Below are positions 62,515 to 64,000 of a DNA stretch of 64,000 nt, piece after piece. Position 1 is the stretch's first letter. Each line of letters opens with the position of its first letter. The DNA is taken from contig CAVUVL010000014.1 of the NCBI GenBank assembly GCA_963744815.1, forward strand, positions 14,344 through 78,343, given 5' to 3'. The position numbers were made by a program, and so were the translations under genes. The stretch comes from an uncultured Solirubrobacterales bacterium (GTDB taxonomy: Bacteria > Actinomycetota > Thermoleophilia > Solirubrobacterales > Solirubrobacteraceae). The notes below the pieces were generated by a model. That model ran no database searches. It saw only the letters and a program-made list of their open reading frames with translations, and was not told the origin of the DNA.

Positions 62515-62832
62515 TCAGGCCAGTGCGGTGGCGGCGCCCTGGATCCGGACGCCGGGCAGCCGCTGCAGTCCCACGGTCTCGATCAGCGCCTGAATCTGGG
62601 GCTGGGCTCCGCACAGCAGCAGGCCGCGTCCGTGGGTGCGCAGCCGGCGGGCCAGGACGGCCAGATCGAGCATCAGCGAGGAGTCGGCGAATACCAGCTC
62701 GGACAGGTCGACGACGACGTCAGCCTGCGCTCGGATCGCGCGCACAAGCGCCTGCCGGCGGCTCCCCTGCGTGTTTCGGTCCTCGTCGCCGCTGCAGCGG
62801 AGCGTCGGCGGCTTGTCATCGAAGTCGACGAT
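62515..62832 (-). CDS. STAS domain protein (anti-sigma antagonist-like)
   Basis: VVVDLSELVFADSS..PQIQALIETVGL; the frame is open upstream to ATC 62832 and bounded by an in-frame TAG. Confidence 0.8.
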   Translation of the reverse strand: MVDFDDKPPTLRCSGDEDRNTQGSRRQALVRAIRAQADVVVDLSELVFADSSLMLDLAVLARRLRTHGRGLLLCGAQPQIQALIETVGLQRLPGVRIQGAATALA

Positions 62833-62982
62833 CCCGCAAACCTACCCAAACGGGCGGCTGGATGACAACAACGGCTAAAAACCTTCGCACGTTGCGGGCT
62901 TTCTAGGACTGCAACCGTTTGAGGTCGCCCGCCACAGGGACTCTGGAGCCGGCCGCCGCACGGGTTTCGTACACTCGGTCCC

Positions 62983-63282
62983 ATGGCAACAGTTGAAGAG
63001 GTGACTGACGCGCTGCGCGATGTCATCGACCCCGAGCTGGGCCTCGATTTCGTCGAGCTGGGCCTGATCTACGACGTCGAGGTCCAGGACGACGGCATCG
63101 TCCGCATCACCTACACCCTGACCAGCCCGGGTTGCCCGATCGGGCCGCAGGTCTCAGAGCAGATCGAGGAGTTCGTCGGCGAGCTCGACGGCGTCAACCA
63201 GGTTGAGCCGACCATGACCTTCTCGCCGCCCTGGACCCCGGAGCGGATGAGCGAAGACGCCAAGTTCGCGCTGGGCTTCTGA
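62983..63282 (+). CDS. Metal-sulfur cluster assembly factor (DUF59/SufT/PaaD)
   Basis: VIDPELGLDFVELGLIY, TLTSPGCP, PPWTPERMS. Confidence 0.93.
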   Translation: MATVEEVTDALRDVIDPELGLDFVELGLIYDVEVQDDGIVRITYTLTSPGCPIGPQVSEQIEEFVGELDGVNQVEPTMTFSPPWTPERMSEDAKFALGF

Positions 63283-63324
63283 CCCCGCCGCGGTCGACCC
63301 CCGTCTGACCCCACCCCGCCTGGG

Positions 63325-63555
63325 TCACTGCACGGGCGGCTGACCCAGCTCGCGGGCCAGGTCGATCGCCCGGATGTCGGACTCGCTGGGCAGCTTGTCC
63401 AGCACGGCGGCCACCACGTCCTTGACGTCGTGCTGGTCGCGGCCCAGATCGTCGAACAGGGACTTGAGCGCGGTGTGGACGATCTTCAGCTGCGCTGCGG
63501 TCAGCTCCAGCCGGTAGGCGATCTGTCCGGGCTTGATGAGGTCGTCGTCGGTCAT
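63325..63555 (-). CDS. Hypothetical protein (76 aa)
   Basis: Clean ORF; LELTAAQLKIVHTALKSLFDDLG. Confidence 0.7.
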   Translation of the reverse strand: MTDDDLIKPGQIAYRLELTAAQLKIVHTALKSLFDDLGRDQHDVKDVVAAVLDKLPSESDIRAIDLARELGQPPVQ

Positions 63556-63572
63556 CGGGCGCGTGTCGAGGG

Positions 63573-64000
63573 CTAGGAGTCTGAGCGCTTGCGCGCCGGC
63601 CGGCTGCCGCGCTGGCGCTTGGCGCGCATGTCAGCGGCCGGACCGCGCTTGGGTCGGGCGTGGTCTTTGGGGATGAATGGGGCCGGTCCGCCGTTGCTGG
63701 GCGAGGGCTCGCCGTGTGGCTCGGTCCGGTCCTCGCTCGGAGCGTCGGCGGCCGCCGCGGAGGCCGGCTCGCTGACCGTCGCGGCCGACTTGCCTCCGCG
63801 CGCGACCTCCAGCAGCTCGGCCAGCGAGTCGGCGATGCCGTCGGCGATCACGTCGATGTCGGGCAGCGCGTCATAGTCGCCCAGCAGGCCGAAGTCGATC
63901 CCGCCGTTGTAGGACATGATCGCGATCGCCAGCGCGTGGTTGGCGGGCAGGAAGGCGACCGGGAACAGATCCTCGAGCTTGCGGCCGAGCACGTACAGCG
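63573..64000 (-). CDS. Wax ester synthase/DGAT family acyltransferase, C-terminal part
   Basis: LYVLGRKL..FPV..LAIAIMSYNGGIDFGLLGDYDALPD..DSLAEL. Confidence 0.85.
   Translation of the reverse strand, partial: LYVLGRKLEDLFPVAFLPANHALAIAIMSYNGGIDFGLLGDYDALPDIDVIADGIADSLAELLEVARGGKSAATVSEPASAAAADAPSEDRTEPHGEPSPSNGGPAPFIPKDHARPKRGPAADMRAKRQRGSRPARKRSDS

Overview
High-GC actinobacterial chromosomal segment; gene content and style suggest Thermoleophilia/Solirubrobacterales (inference). It is mostly core genome: cbs, an amino-acid permease, nucleotide-sugar genes, a c-di-AMP riboswitch with an NlpC/P60-like gene, a split pspA-pspAA / htpX-pspAB module, lysA-hom-thrC-thrB interrupted by AbiEi/DUF559 and qor genes, ParA/FHA genes, a PBP, MarP, a BTAD-AAA regulator, topB, a small amino-sugar cluster, addB/addA, ECF sigma-ogt, ku, gltB, alkA and gltD. 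I saw no tRNA, rRNA, CRISPR array, transposase or integrase. Many genes carry single-base frameshifts that look like unpolished long-read errors rather than pseudogenes. The best leads are (1) a promoter-to-terminator candidate sRNA at about 55900-56058, (2) a Zn-motif protein resembling the aGPT-pyrophosphorylase clade 3 DNA-modification fold, (3) tandem low-complexity proteins sharing a conserved 40-aa N-terminal signal, (4) an ECF sigma-Ogt pair, (5) recurrent tandem duplications spanning stop codons, and (6) two apparent leaderless ATC starts. All family calls come from motif recognition by eye; no database search was run.
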